NCBI GenBank assembly: GCA_031253335.1
Contig: JAIRWF010000027.1
Span: 97,077-161,076 of the forward strand
DNA length: 64,000 nt
Direction of reading: 5' to 3'
Source: Streptococcaceae bacterium
Lineage (GTDB): Bacteria; Bacillota; Bacilli; Lactobacillales; Streptococcaceae
Of the stretch, positions 51,441 through 61,750 are shown piece after piece. The notes below the pieces were generated by a model that ran no database searches, was not told where the DNA came from, and saw only the letters and a program-made list of their open reading frames with translations. Position 1 is the first letter of the stretch, and each line of letters opens with the position of its first letter. The translations under genes and the position numbers were made by a program.

Positions 51441-54400
51441 ATGTTTGTGCCGCTGAATGTGAAATCGGAATATTCGTTTTTGTCGAGCTGTTTGCGGCTG
51501 GATGCTTATTTGGATGCTGCAGTTTCGCTTGGCTTTAAGACAATTGGACTTTGCGATGAGGAGAATTTGCACGGGGCGGTGAAGTTTGTGCGTGGTGCTA
51601 AGGCAAAGGGCTTGCAACCGGTGCTTGGGATGCAGGGGACGTGGCTTGTGGACGGAGTGCCGGTGCCGCTTGCGTTTATCGCCTTGGGGACGGTTGGCTA
51701 TCATGGGCTTTTGCGGATTTCGACGCGAAAAAATCGCGGGGAGGCTGACTTTCCGTCAGATTTGACAGAAGATCTAGCGGTCGTGGTGCCGTTAGATTAC
51801 GCGAGCTTGGCGGCAAATGGGGTGCTGTCAAATTTGACAGAGCTCTATGTAGGCTTGCAGCAAGGAGAAGTTGCGCCAGAGGGCGTCCGGGGATTGCCAT
51901 TTCCATCAGTGCGCTATTTGACAGCTGCAGATGGTGAGACGCTGCAGGTGCTTGGGGCGATTCGGGAAATGGGTGCAGTGGATGAAAGCCTTGCTGCATC
52001 AGGTAAGGAGAGTCTTTTACGGCCTGAGATATTTGAGCGAGGCTATGATGTCACGGTGCGTGAGAATTTGCAAGCGCTTGTGGCAGGAATTCATTATGAA
52101 TTGTCTAGTGAATTGCAGCTCCCACGCTTTAATCCAGTGCGTGATGCGGCTGATGAACTCCGTGAAAAAGCGGAACAGGGTCTTGAAGTGCTTGTCAAAT
52201 CTGACAGCACTGCACAAGCACCGAAAAAAGTCTCACAAGCCCTTGTCAAGTCTGACAATGACTATCGCAGGCGCTTGCAGCATGAGCTTGCAGTTATTCA
52301 CGAGATGGGCTTTAATGATTATTTCTTGATTGTTGCAGATTTACTAGCTTATGCGGCGCGCGAAGGTATCTATTGCGGAATGGGGCGTGGCTCCGCGGCG
52401 GGTAGTCTTGTGGCCTACGCACTTGGTATCACGCACATTGATCCTGTCGAAAATGACCTACTGTTTGAACGCTTTTTGAATCCTGAGCGCGCGAGCATGC
52501 CCGATATTGACATTGACATCCCGGACAATAGGCGGGCCGAGCTTCTTAGCTATATGCAGAATCGCTATGGGAGTGATCATGTCGCACAAATCGTGACTTT
52601 TTCGACCTTTGGGAAACGCCAAGCTCTGCGGGACGTTGGGAAAGCTTATGGCATGACAGAAGTTGAGGTCAATAGCCTCACGCGACTGACGACCACGCGC
52701 TTTAGTGACCTCGCCGCCGAATACGAGCAAAATCTCAAGTTTCGCGCAGAAATTCTCCGCAATCCCTTGCTGCAAAAGGTTTTTCGTATGGCACAAAAAA
52801 TCGAAGGCCTCCCACGCCAGACCTCCATTCACGCCTCAGGCGTCGTCTTGACCGAAGAGGCGCTCTATCACTACACCCCACTAAAGCCCGGCGAGGACCT
52901 CTCTCTCACGCAATATGAAGCGCCAGATATCGAGTCTCTAGGCCTTTTGAAGATTGACTTTCTGGGCTTGCGCAATCTCGCCTTGATTGAAGACCTCAGA
53001 CAACTTGTCAAAGAGCATCATAAGTTGGACATTGACCCGCTTGCGATTGACCTCGAAGATGAGAAAACGCTTGCCCTCTTCCGGGCGGGCGACACGATGG
53101 GTATTTTCCAGTTTGAAAATCCGCAAATGCGCCGCTTTCTGCGCAATCTCGCGCCCACACAGTTTGATGACATTGTCAATGCGACGTCCATCTTTCGGCC
53201 CGGACCTTCGCAGTTTATCCCACAGTTCATCGCACGCAGGCATGGCAAGGAGGCGGTACCTTCGATGGATGCCTCTGTCGATGATCTCCTTGCAAGGACT
53301 TATGGGATTATGATTTACCAAGAGCAAGTCATGCTCGTGGCTGTGCGGTTTGCGGGTTTTTCCATGGGCCGCGCCGATTCGTTGCGCCGCGCCATCAGTA
53401 AGAAAAAAGGCTCTGAGTTCGAGCGTTTGCAGGCAGAATTTATCTCGGGCGCCGTTTTAAATGGCCACACCACTGAAAAAGCGCAAGAAATCTATGACCT
53501 CATCGTCCGTTTTGCCAATTATGGCTTCAATCGCAGTCACGCCGTGGCTTATGCAGCATTAGCCTTTCAAATCGCCTACTACAAGGCGAACTTTCCAGCC
53601 GAGTTTTACGAGGTGCATCTCAAGGGCTACAAGCGTGAGACAATGCTCGCAGACGCCCTGGACAATGGCTACGAGATCTTGCCGCCTGATATCAATCGTA
53701 TGCCCTATCATGATAAAGTCACGCCCGACAAAAAGATAAGTCTGGGGCTCGCCCATATCACGGGTTTTCCAAAAGATTTCGCCCTCTGGATTCTCGAAAA
53801 TCGCCCTTTTACTGACTTTAGTGACTTCGTCAAGCGCACGCCCACGCCATTCCAGCGGGAAGATATACTTGCGTCTCTCGTACGCATTGGTGCCTTTGAT
53901 ACGCTTTCGCCCAATCGTGGCAAGCTCCTCGCCAATTTGACACGTCTTATTGATTTCTACCAGACCTTGCAGCTCGACCTGTTTGGTAAGACACAGCTCG
54001 CCTTCGCTTTTGAGGACGCACCAGACCTTTCGATTACTGAAAAATACAACGATGAGATGGCTCTCCTAGGCGTCGCGGTGACGCCCCACCCGCTAAAAAA
54101 CTGGGCGACTCGTTTTCACGCTATTATCACACCGATTTCTCAACTCACGCCCCGCACGCAAGCAACCATCCTCGTACAAATTCTACGTATCCGTGCCCTC
54201 ACGACGAAAAATAATGAACGCATGGCCTTTTTGGAAGTCACAGATACCCACCAAACGCTCACCGTAGTCCTCTTCCCCGAGACCTACCGCGCTGTCCTAG
54301 CTACCACCAATCTTGAAGTCGGCAAACTCTACCTTATCGCTGGAAAAACCGAACTCCGCGAAGAAGAAATTCAACTTCAAGCCACAAAACTCACAGAAAT

Positions 54401-54614
54401 CACAGAAACCACTGAAAAGCTCTGGCTGTCTGTCACAGATGATACGGGCAATCAGCGTTTGGCCGCTTTACTTCGGAGATTTCCAGGCCCTGTTCCAGTT
54501 GTGCTCCACACGGATGCCACAAAAGAAACGCGCCAATCAAGTCTTTATGTCGCGCACTCTGAGAGTCTTCTCAAGCAGCTCCGTGGACTTGTTACCAAAG
54601 CCATCTACCAATAA
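51441..54614 (+). CDS. dnaE: DNA polymerase III alpha subunit (DnaE)
   Basis: PHP start SEYSFLSS, GRGSAAGSLVAY, PDIDID, GLLKIDFLGL, YGFNRSHA. Confidence 0.97.
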   Translation: MFVPLNVKSEYSFLSSCLRLDAYLDAAVSLGFKTIGLCDEENLHGAVKFVRGAKAKGLQPVLGMQGTWLVDGVPVPLAFIALGTVGYHGLLRISTRKNRGEADFPSDLTEDLAVVVPLDYASLAANGVLSNLTELYVGLQQGEVAPEGVRGLPFPSVRYLTAADGETLQVLGAIREMGAVDESLAASGKESLLRPEIFERGYDVTVRENLQALVAGIHYELSSELQLPRFNPVRDAADELREKAEQGLEVLVKSDSTAQAPKKVSQALVKSDNDYRRRLQHELAVIHEMGFNDYFLIVADLLAYAAREGIYCGMGRGSAAGSLVAYALGITHIDPVENDLLFERFLNPERASMPDIDIDIPDNRRAELLSYMQNRYGSDHVAQIVTFSTFGKRQALRDVGKAYGMTEVEVNSLTRLTTTRFSDLAAEYEQNLKFRAEILRNPLLQKVFRMAQKIEGLPRQTSIHASGVVLTEEALYHYTPLKPGEDLSLTQYEAPDIESLGLLKIDFLGLRNLALIEDLRQLVKEHHKLDIDPLAIDLEDEKTLALFRAGDTMGIFQFENPQMRRFLRNLAPTQFDDIVNATSIFRPGPSQFIPQFIARRHGKEAVPSMDASVDDLLARTYGIMIYQEQVMLVAVRFAGFSMGRADSLRRAISKKKGSEFERLQAEFISGAVLNGHTTEKAQEIYDLIVRFANYGFNRSHAVAYAALAFQIAYYKANFPAEFYEVHLKGYKRETMLADALDNGYEILPPDINRMPYHDKVTPDKKISLGLAHITGFPKDFALWILENRPFTDFSDFVKRTPTPFQREDILASLVRIGAFDTLSPNRGKLLANLTRLIDFYQTLQLDLFGKTQLAFAFEDAPDLSITEKYNDEMALLGVAVTPHPLKNWATRFHAIITPISQLTPRTQATILVQILRIRALTTKNNERMAFLEVTDTHQTLTVVLFPETYRAVLATTNLEVGKLYLIAGKTELREEEIQLQATKLTEITETTEKLWLSVTDDTGNQRLAALLRRFPGPVPVVLHTDATKETRQSSLYVAHSESLLKQLRGLVTKAIYQ

Positions 54615-54638
54615 AAAAGCCTCTAAGCGAGGCTTTTA
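54614..54638. terminator. Bidirectional terminator dnaE / hemolysin III
   Basis: AAAAGCCTC-TAAGC-GAGGCTTTT. Confidence 0.75.
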
Positions 54639-55289
54639 ATGCCCTAAAATCCCATAAATGGAGAGCCACATGAGAAAAGCTGCCGCAAGGACGAAGACAT
54701 GCCAAACAAGATGTGCAAAGGGAAATTTATAATGGTAAATCGCAGCTCCCAATGAATACACCACGCCTCCGATGATGAGAAGCCAAAAACTTGTATGGGG
54801 CATGCTTTCCCAAAGTGGCCACATGGCAATGAGAATGATCCAGCCCATCACGACATAAAGAGCTGTTGCTAGCTTTGGAACCCGTTTCCAACGAGGTAAA
54901 AAGACACTGGTCACAACAAGACCTACGATGGCGCAAATCCAGACAATGATGAGAATGGTCGTACCCACCCAGCCTGCAAGAGGTAGCAAACAATAGGGTG
55001 TGTAAGTGCCTGCAATCAAGAGGAAAATAGAGGCGTGATCTAGCACTTGAAATGTTTTTGAGGCAGGCGTGAAAAAAAGTGCATGTCGCAAGCAACTGAT
55101 GAGAAATAATAAAATGAGCGTCGCACTATAAATGCTAACTGCAACTCTCTCAAGCGTTGTATTCGATTTTGCAAGAAGTAGCAGGAAACCCCAGATAGCA
55201 AAACCTACACCCAGACCGTGCGTCACGGCATTTAATGTCTCATCAATGATAACAATCCCTTTTGAGCGCTTTTCGTAACGTTCGACCAT
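54636..55289 (-). CDS. Hemolysin III / PAQR family membrane protein
   Basis: NAVTHGLG, LDHASIFLLIAGTYTP, YVVMGW, HLVWHVFV. Confidence 0.93.
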   Translation of the reverse strand: MVERYEKRSKGIVIIDETLNAVTHGLGVGFAIWGFLLLLAKSNTTLERVAVSIYSATLILLFLISCLRHALFFTPASKTFQVLDHASIFLLIAGTYTPYCLLPLAGWVGTTILIIVWICAIVGLVVTSVFLPRWKRVPKLATALYVVMGWIILIAMWPLWESMPHTSFWLLIIGGVVYSLGAAIYHYKFPFAHLVWHVFVLAAAFLMWLSIYGILGH

Positions 55290-55392
55290 GTGGCCTCCTT
55301 TTTGTTTGCAGGTTTAGCGAATTCCTTTCAGAACACCTTTTTTTCTGCTATAATAATAGCATATTTCCTTGTGAAACTAGAAATCAGGCTCT

Positions 55393-56229
55393 ATGACCCT
55401 CAAAATTGTAACCGACTCGACCATAACGATTGCTCCCGAACTCATTGAAGACCTTGGCATCACGATTGTGCCGCTGTCTTTTAGCATAGATGGGGTGATT
55501 TACACCGATGGCGATTTGAGCCTTGCGGATTATATGAATAAGGTGGATGCAGCAGAAAATCTCCCTAAGACGAGTCAGCCACCTGTGGGTATCTTTGCAG
55601 ACATGTATCAATCGCTTGTCGCAGACGGCTCAAGCGTCTTGTCCATCCATATGACGGACACTCTTTCTGGGACTGTCGAAGCAGCACGCCAAGGAGCTAT
55701 GCTGACAGATGGAACGGTTGAGGTGGTTGATTCATTCTTTACGGATCAAGGCCTAGCTTTTCAAGTACTTGAAGCAGCCCGTCTTGCCAAGGCTGGCAAG
55801 GAACTCCCTGAGGTACTGTCTGCGATTGCACAGGTGCGCGAAAATACGCGTCTTTGGGCAGGGGTTGCAACGCTTGAAAACCTCATCAAAGGCGGTCGTA
55901 TTGGGCGCGTGACGGGTATGATTGGGAATTTTCTTGATCTCAAGGTTATTCTCGAGCTTGATAATAAAGAGCTCAAGCAAATCGCCAAAGGCCGTGGTAA
56001 TAAGACTTTTAAGAAATGGCTCGATGAAACAGCTGAGGCGATTGCAGCTTCTGGCCGTAAAGTCAAAGAAATTGGCATCAGCCATGTTGAGAACCTTGAG
56101 TTTGCTGAGACCATGCGTGCGACTTTACAGAAATTCGTTGAAAAACCCATTCAGATATTGGAGACGACGCCTATCATTGCAACCCACACGGGTCGTGGTG
56201 CATGGGCCTTGATGTTCTATTATGAGTAA
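55393..56229 (+). CDS. DegV family fatty-acid-binding protein
   Basis: IVTDST, PKTSQP, LSGT, LIKGGRI, ATHTG. Confidence 0.94.
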   Translation: MTLKIVTDSTITIAPELIEDLGITIVPLSFSIDGVIYTDGDLSLADYMNKVDAAENLPKTSQPPVGIFADMYQSLVADGSSVLSIHMTDTLSGTVEAARQGAMLTDGTVEVVDSFFTDQGLAFQVLEAARLAKAGKELPEVLSAIAQVRENTRLWAGVATLENLIKGGRIGRVTGMIGNFLDLKVILELDNKELKQIAKGRGNKTFKKWLDETAEAIAASGRKVKEIGISHVENLEFAETMRATLQKFVEKPIQILETTPIIATHTGRGAWALMFYYE

Positions 56230-56785
56230 AAAAAGAAATCTTTGGAAAGGCCTTTTTATTGGTCTTGTGGCTGTTATTGTGTTGGGCGTAGCTGGCCTTT
56301 TTATCGTGGTGACTCGGCCAAGTAGCACGAAAGTTACCCAGACGTCCGTTGCAGATGTACAAGCCGCAGGAACTTACACGGCAACAACGACTGAGCTCAA
56401 TGCGCTCATTGCGAGTTATTTGGCGGCTCATGGGAGCGGTTATCAGTTCTCGCTGGACGCTTCAGGTGCAGTGTTAACGACGAATTATAACTTGCTCGGC
56501 CAGAGTGTCCCACTCGTCATTCGCATGACCCCTGTCAAATCTGACAATGGCAATATGGATCTTCATGTCACGCAGGTTGAGGCAGGTTCTCTCACGCTTC
56601 CGACATCCGTAGCACTGGGTGTGGCGCAACATTTGTCTGTGCCAAGCTTTGTCAAATTTGACAGCAATGCTGGCGTCATTCACGTAGAGCTGTCAAGCCT
56701 TGACGTCAAAGGTTTCACTGTCAAAGTCCAAACAATCGACCTTGCAAAGGGACAATACATCTTCGCCCTTCAAACACGCAAATAG
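56222..56785 (+). CDS. YpmS/DUF2140-like membrane-anchored protein
   Basis: NLWKGLF + TM, ELNALIASYL, G.LTLP; follows degV. Confidence 0.75.
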   Translation: MSKKRNLWKGLFIGLVAVIVLGVAGLFIVVTRPSSTKVTQTSVADVQAAGTYTATTTELNALIASYLAAHGSGYQFSLDASGAVLTTNYNLLGQSVPLVIRMTPVKSDNGNMDLHVTQVEAGSLTLPTSVALGVAQHLSVPSFVKFDSNAGVIHVELSSLDVKGFTVKVQTIDLAKGQYIFALQTRK

Positions 56786-56839
56786 CACCCTGGCTTGTCG
56801 CATCTGACAAGTCTTTTATTTTCTGTTATAATAGGCGCT

Positions 56840-57685
56840 ATGGAAAACGAAACAACTGAAAAAAAAGTAAATAAAATGCCAGGTTCATCCGACGTCACAA
56901 AAACACGTCCTGAAAAGCCCAAAATGCCACGCGGCCAGAAGCTCTTTTTAGGAATTGGTGCTATTGTCCTAGCTCTTCTTGTGAGCTTTATCGTCTATAT
57001 GGCAAACACTCCCAAGTTTGAAAATGTCTTGACAGGAAAGGCCAATACGCCTCTTCCACAGCTCTCAACAAGCGTTGCAAAAAATGAAGCAGAAGTTGAG
57101 TTTGTAACAACCGCAGGCAACATCACCGTGAAGCTCTTTCCAAAGCTCGCTCCTAAAGCGGTTGAAAGTTTTTTGACGCTCTCAAAAGATGGCTATTACA
57201 AGAACAATCAGTTCTTCCGCATCTTAGCCTCCTCAAAAACCAATATCGGGATTATCCAATCAGGCTCTGCAAAGAACTCCGCATCGGTGAGCAAATACGT
57301 CTTTGGCGCCCCTTTCAAAAATGAGATTAGTCCTTCGCTCTACAATATCTATGGTTCGTTGAGTCTCGCCAATAGCGGAACAGCAGCCTCTAATGGCTCT
57401 CAATTTTTCTTCAATACGAATAAAGTGGATATGAGTACAAGTCTCACGACCGACAACTGGCCTGCGAAAATCATCAAGGCCTATAAGACAGGGGGAAATC
57501 CTTCATTTGACGGGAGCTATACGGTCTTTGGGCAAGTCATCAGTGGCCTTAACGTCATGGATACGATTGCAAAAGGCAAAACAACCACTGTGACAGATGC
57601 TTCAACAGGTACGAGCGAACAATCAAAACCTGTCAAGCCTGTTACCATCAAAGAAGTCAAGGTTTTGAAAGACTGGAAATTTTAA
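56840..57685 (+). CDS. ppiA: Membrane-anchored cyclophilin-type peptidyl-prolyl isomerase
   Basis: KLFPKLAPKAVESF, NGSQFF, GGNPSFDGSYTVFGQVISG; N-terminal TM. Confidence 0.85.
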   Translation: MENETTEKKVNKMPGSSDVTKTRPEKPKMPRGQKLFLGIGAIVLALLVSFIVYMANTPKFENVLTGKANTPLPQLSTSVAKNEAEVEFVTTAGNITVKLFPKLAPKAVESFLTLSKDGYYKNNQFFRILASSKTNIGIIQSGSAKNSASVSKYVFGAPFKNEISPSLYNIYGSLSLANSGTAASNGSQFFFNTNKVDMSTSLTTDNWPAKIIKAYKTGGNPSFDGSYTVFGQVISGLNVMDTIAKGKTTTVTDASTGTSEQSKPVKPVTIKEVKVLKDWKF

Positions 57686-57841
57686 GCTTCAGGCGAGAGA
57701 TGCTTAAGCCATGCCTAAGGGACATCGCTTATACTATACATGTTTACAAATTAACCAAACTCCTAATTCAAAAGTAGCCCTAATGTGTGGGGGCTATTTT
57801 TGTTTTCCAATTTTTCCCTAGATTCTGCTATAATAAGGGCG

Positions 57842-58489
57842 ATGTTGTCCTATATTCTGCAGATTTTGCCCGAGCTCTGGCAGGGCTTTGGCACGACACT
57901 TGAGGTATTTGTGGTTTCCCTTGTGATTTCGATTCCCTTGGGAATGCTCGTGGCATTTTTGCTGCGCGTACCTGTCCTCAAGTGGTTTTTGAATATCTAT
58001 ATCTGGATCATGCGGGGAACGCCCCTTCTCTTGCAGATTATCATTGCTTATTTTGGATTACTGGCTGCGGGAATTCCGATTTTTTCACGGGTTAGCGCTT
58101 GTATTTTTGCCATTACGATTAACTATGCGGCTTACTTTGCAGAAATCTTCCGCGGGGGGATTGCAGCAGTTCCGAAAGGACAAACCGAAGCTGCAGAGGT
58201 CTTAAAACTTAGCAAATGGCAGACGGCGCGGCTTGTGATTATCCCCCAAGTCATCCGTATCGTCATCCCAAGTGTGATGAATGAAGTCTTAAATCTCGTG
58301 AAGGACACGGCCATGGTCTACGTGGTCGGCGCACAAGACATCATGCAAAATGCTTTTACCGCCATGCAGCGAGACATTAATATGACACCACTCGTAATTG
58401 CAGGCATCTTTTACCTGATATTAACGGCTCTCTTGACTTTTGCCTCGCGCGGTGTGGAGCGGCATTTGTCTGTGGAAAGGAGGGCGTGA
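57842..58489 (+). CDS. Polar amino acid ABC transporter permease
   Basis: RGTPLLLQ, YAAYFAEIFRGGI, GQTEAA. Confidence 0.93.
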   Translation: MLSYILQILPELWQGFGTTLEVFVVSLVISIPLGMLVAFLLRVPVLKWFLNIYIWIMRGTPLLLQIIIAYFGLLAAGIPIFSRVSACIFAITINYAAYFAEIFRGGIAAVPKGQTEAAEVLKLSKWQTARLVIIPQVIRIVIPSVMNEVLNLVKDTAMVYVVGAQDIMQNAFTAMQRDINMTPLVIAGIFYLILTALLTFASRGVERHLSVERRA

Positions 58490-59130
58490 TGTTAGAAATC
58501 AAACAACTCAGCAAAACCTTTGGCGCGCATCAAATCTTTGACGGCTTTGATCTGCGTGTGCCAGACCATCAAGTGCTCGCCATCGCAGGACCATCTGGCG
58601 GCGGGAAAACAACGCTTTTACGCATATTAGCAGGGCTTGAAACACTTGACTCCGGGGAAATTTATTTGAACGATGCGCCATTAGCTCTTGAAAAAGGGCG
58701 CCTCGTCAATAGCCCTCTAGGCTTTGTCTTTCAAGACTTTCAGCTTTTTCCACACATGACAGTTGCCAAAAACCTTTGGCTTTCCCCCGTCTATACGCAA
58801 GGCGTCGCAAAAGATGTGGCCCAACAAAAAGCCAAGGAATTACTTGTAAGTCTTGAGCTTCGCGCACAGGCGGATGCTTATCCCTATTCGCTTTCAGGAG
58901 GGCAAAAACAACGCGTCGCCCTAGCGCGCGCCCTTATGATGGCGCCAGAACTCGTCGGCTATGATGAGCCGACTTCTGCGCTGGATCCTGCATTACGAGA
59001 CAATATTGCAGAGCTGATTTTAGCTAATAAAAGTCGAGGCATTACACAAATCGTCGTCACGCATGATATGGACTTTGCTGAAAAAGTAGCCGATACCATG
59101 CTTGAAATCAACCCAAGGAGAGAAAAATGA
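58489..59130 (+). CDS. Polar amino acid ABC transporter ATPase
   Basis: GPSGGGKTT, LSGGQKQRVA, YDEPTSALDP, VTHD. Confidence 0.93.
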   Translation: MLEIKQLSKTFGAHQIFDGFDLRVPDHQVLAIAGPSGGGKTTLLRILAGLETLDSGEIYLNDAPLALEKGRLVNSPLGFVFQDFQLFPHMTVAKNLWLSPVYTQGVAKDVAQQKAKELLVSLELRAQADAYPYSLSGGQKQRVALARALMMAPELVGYDEPTSALDPALRDNIAELILANKSRGITQIVVTHDMDFAEKVADTMLEINPRREK

Positions 59131-59951
59131 AAATCTTAAAACGCATTAGCCTGATTCTCGCAAGTATTCTCGTGCTCATTAGCCTGAGTGCTTGCCAGCA
59201 AACCGCAAAAGACACCTGGAGTAAAATCCAAGCCGAGAAAAACAAAACCATCACGATTGGTTTTGATGATACCTTTGTCCCCATGGGCTTTAAAGATACG
59301 GATGGGACCTACAAAGGCTTTGATATTGACTTGGCAAATGCTGTCTTTAAAAAGTACGGGATTACCGTCAAGTGGCAACCTATCAACTGGGCCATGAAAG
59401 AAACCGAGCTCAAAGCGGGTCAGATTGATCTCATCTGGAACGGCTATACGAAGACTCCTGAGCGCGAAAAGCAGGTACTTTTCAGTGAGCCCTACATGAC
59501 GAACAAGCAGGTTCTTGTCGTGAAAGCAACGAGCGGGATTACATCAACCGCAGATATGAAAGGAAAAGCCGCAGGGGTCCAGTCAGGCTCCTCAGGCTTT
59601 GATGACTTTAGTGCTTATCCCAAGGTTTTGAAAAACATTGTCAAAGGAAACACGATTACGCAATACTCTACCTTTGATTTAGGCTTTATTGACCTGAAAG
59701 CAAATAAAATTCAGGGACTTCTCGTGGATTCGACCTATGCAAACTATTACCTTGAAAAGTCTGGCCAAAGGAAAGACTATAAGCTCGTCGCTACAGAGTA
59801 CCCCAACGAAGAGTTCGCTGTGGGCGCGCGCAAGACAGATAAAACATTGATCGCAAAAATCAACAGCGCGATTAACAGTCTTCATGCAGATGGAGAATTC
59901 CAAAAAATCTCTGAAAAATGGTTTGGCAAAGACGTCTTTCCGAAAAATTAA
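59127..59951 (+). CDS. Amino acid ABC transporter substrate-binding lipoprotein
   Basis: Lipobox LSAC, FVPMGF, GFDIDLA, IDLIWNG, KWFG. Confidence 0.93.
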   Translation: MKILKRISLILASILVLISLSACQQTAKDTWSKIQAEKNKTITIGFDDTFVPMGFKDTDGTYKGFDIDLANAVFKKYGITVKWQPINWAMKETELKAGQIDLIWNGYTKTPEREKQVLFSEPYMTNKQVLVVKATSGITSTADMKGKAAGVQSGSSGFDDFSAYPKVLKNIVKGNTITQYSTFDLGFIDLKANKIQGLLVDSTYANYYLEKSGQRKDYKLVATEYPNEEFAVGARKTDKTLIAKINSAINSLHADGEFQKISEKWFGKDVFPKN

Positions 59952-60024
59952 AGGAGCTTAAAAGCTCTTTTATTTTTAAGCAAAAAAGAGTAAAATGAAT
60001 GCAAGAAATTAAAGGAGGTTCCAA

Positions 60025-60669
60025 ATGAACTTTGTAGGTATTGTCGGGACAAATGCAAGTTTTTCCTACAATCGCAAGCTGTTGTGGTACATGAAAAGCC
60101 ACTTTGCCGAAAAAGCCACTATCGAAATCGCAGAGATTGCAGATATTCCGCTTTTTAACGAGGACATCAAAGAGGTCCCCACGCGTGTGCGGGAGTTGGC
60201 TCATGCGATTGAGGCGGCGGATGGTGTGATATTTTCAACGCCTGAGTATGACCATTCAATCACAGCTAGCTTGAAATCACTCCTCGAGTGGTTGAGCTGG
60301 GGTGATTTACATCCCTTGACAAATACACCTGTCATGATTGTCGGTGTCTCCTTGGGAAATATGGGAACGGTCTTTGCCCAGGAAAATTTGCGACAGATTT
60401 TATCAAGCCCTGGTCTTGATGCCTTTGTGCTGCCAAGCCATCAGTTTTTATTAGGACACGCGGCTGAGAGCTTTGATGAAGCGGGCAATCTGACAGATAC
60501 ACGTACGATTGATTGGCTCAATCATTGCTTTATGGGCCTTGTGCACTATACGGAGACGCTCAGACCCTTGCGCCATGCAGGCGAAAACCGTGGGACGGCT
60601 ACCAAACAAGCTTTCCCAGTCTTGGAGCAAGGAGAAGGCTGGCAGGTTTTGGATGTGACCTTGAAATGA
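60025..60669 (+). CDS. NADPH-dependent FMN reductase
   Basis: GIVGTNASFSYNRKLL, IPLFN, TPEYDHSITASLKS. Confidence 0.9.
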   Translation: MNFVGIVGTNASFSYNRKLLWYMKSHFAEKATIEIAEIADIPLFNEDIKEVPTRVRELAHAIEAADGVIFSTPEYDHSITASLKSLLEWLSWGDLHPLTNTPVMIVGVSLGNMGTVFAQENLRQILSSPGLDAFVLPSHQFLLGHAAESFDEAGNLTDTRTIDWLNHCFMGLVHYTETLRPLRHAGENRGTATKQAFPVLEQGEGWQVLDVTLK

Positions 60670-61220
60670 AGCTACCGCATTTGATACAAAGTAAAATTGC
60701 TTGAAAGGCTTGAAATTAGGGGATTTGGAACATTGAGTGTTCTGAATCCCTTTTTATTTTGCCCGGCAAAATTGAAATTCTTGTTTAGAGAAAACTCTCA
60801 ATTCGGGAAGGGGGTAAAATGTCTGAGTCGGGTGTCAAGGGGTGTCAAAAATTATGGCACCCTTTGAAAAGCTTGCAGTGCAAAAGTTTTCCAAGATGAG
60901 ACCATTGTTCTGTATAACAACCTAATCCTCATTGGTTTTAAGATAATGCAAGTGCACAGTTCAATGGAAGGTAGCCTGACTGAAGGTCTTCTATTATAGG
61001 TTTGCAATAAATTGATGGAGTTAATGTTCATTTAAGACTGGTATATTATAATAAAAACATGGGAAAAATATGAAAATTTCCTTAGTAAAGGCCTTTACAA
61101 AATTAAAAATAGAGTTACTTCTAAAAAATAAAATTCAAGGATGACTCGAAAGACACATATCACTCGATTACCAGCATGTCATGCTGATGATCCCAAACTC
61201 AAAAAGAAAGAAGGTATAAT

Positions 61221-61700
61221 ATGCCATATGTAAATGTTCCAGAAGGCGAGCACTTGAATGCTCGCACAGGTCCCAGTACGGGATCAGCGATTGCTTACTA
61301 CGTCCCTCGTGGAGATCAACTGACTGTATTAAGTAGTTCAGGTTCTTGGCGTAAAGTCAAACCAACAAGTTCAGCCTATGCTAGTCGTGGAGAAGCATGG
61401 GTCAGTCAAGCGTATCTCGTTAGTGCAGCACCGAGTGTTCGCCATGATACAAAAAACTATGCGCTCAGCAGCGATAGAAACCTTGCCTACAAGTCGTTTG
61501 GCCGCTACACAAAGAATCTCCAAAAAGGCTTGAATATAACCACGGACGGAGATTTTGGCCCTGCAACTTCATCTGCAGTCCATTCTTTCCAAGCATCGCA
61601 TAGTAGTTTAACTGCGGATGGCATTGCTGGTCCAGCTACAAAGTCAGCATTATGGGCAAGCTCGTCTGCACAAGCAAGAATCATTAGTAGTGGTTTTTAA
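61221..61700 (+). CDS. SH3b + peptidoglycan-binding domain protein
   Basis: LNARTGPST...WRKV...AWVSQAYL (SH3b); LQKGL..TTDGDFGPAT..AV.SFQ...L.ADGIAGPAT (PG_binding_1). Confidence 0.85.
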   Translation: MPYVNVPEGEHLNARTGPSTGSAIAYYVPRGDQLTVLSSSGSWRKVKPTSSAYASRGEAWVSQAYLVSAAPSVRHDTKNYALSSDRNLAYKSFGRYTKNLQKGLNITTDGDFGPATSSAVHSFQASHSSLTADGIAGPATKSALWASSSAQARIISSGF

Positions 61701-61711
61701 CATAAGCATCC

Positions 61712-61750
61712 AGGCTTAAGCGACAATACTTGCTTAAGCCTATTTTTGTT
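61712..61750. terminator. Terminator between convergent genes
   Basis: AGGCTTAAGC...GCTTAAGCCT + T-run. Confidence 0.7.

Noticed and set aside
57686-57770. Weakly structured spacer after ppiA as an sRNA
   Set aside because: No clear promoter-terminator pair or known motif
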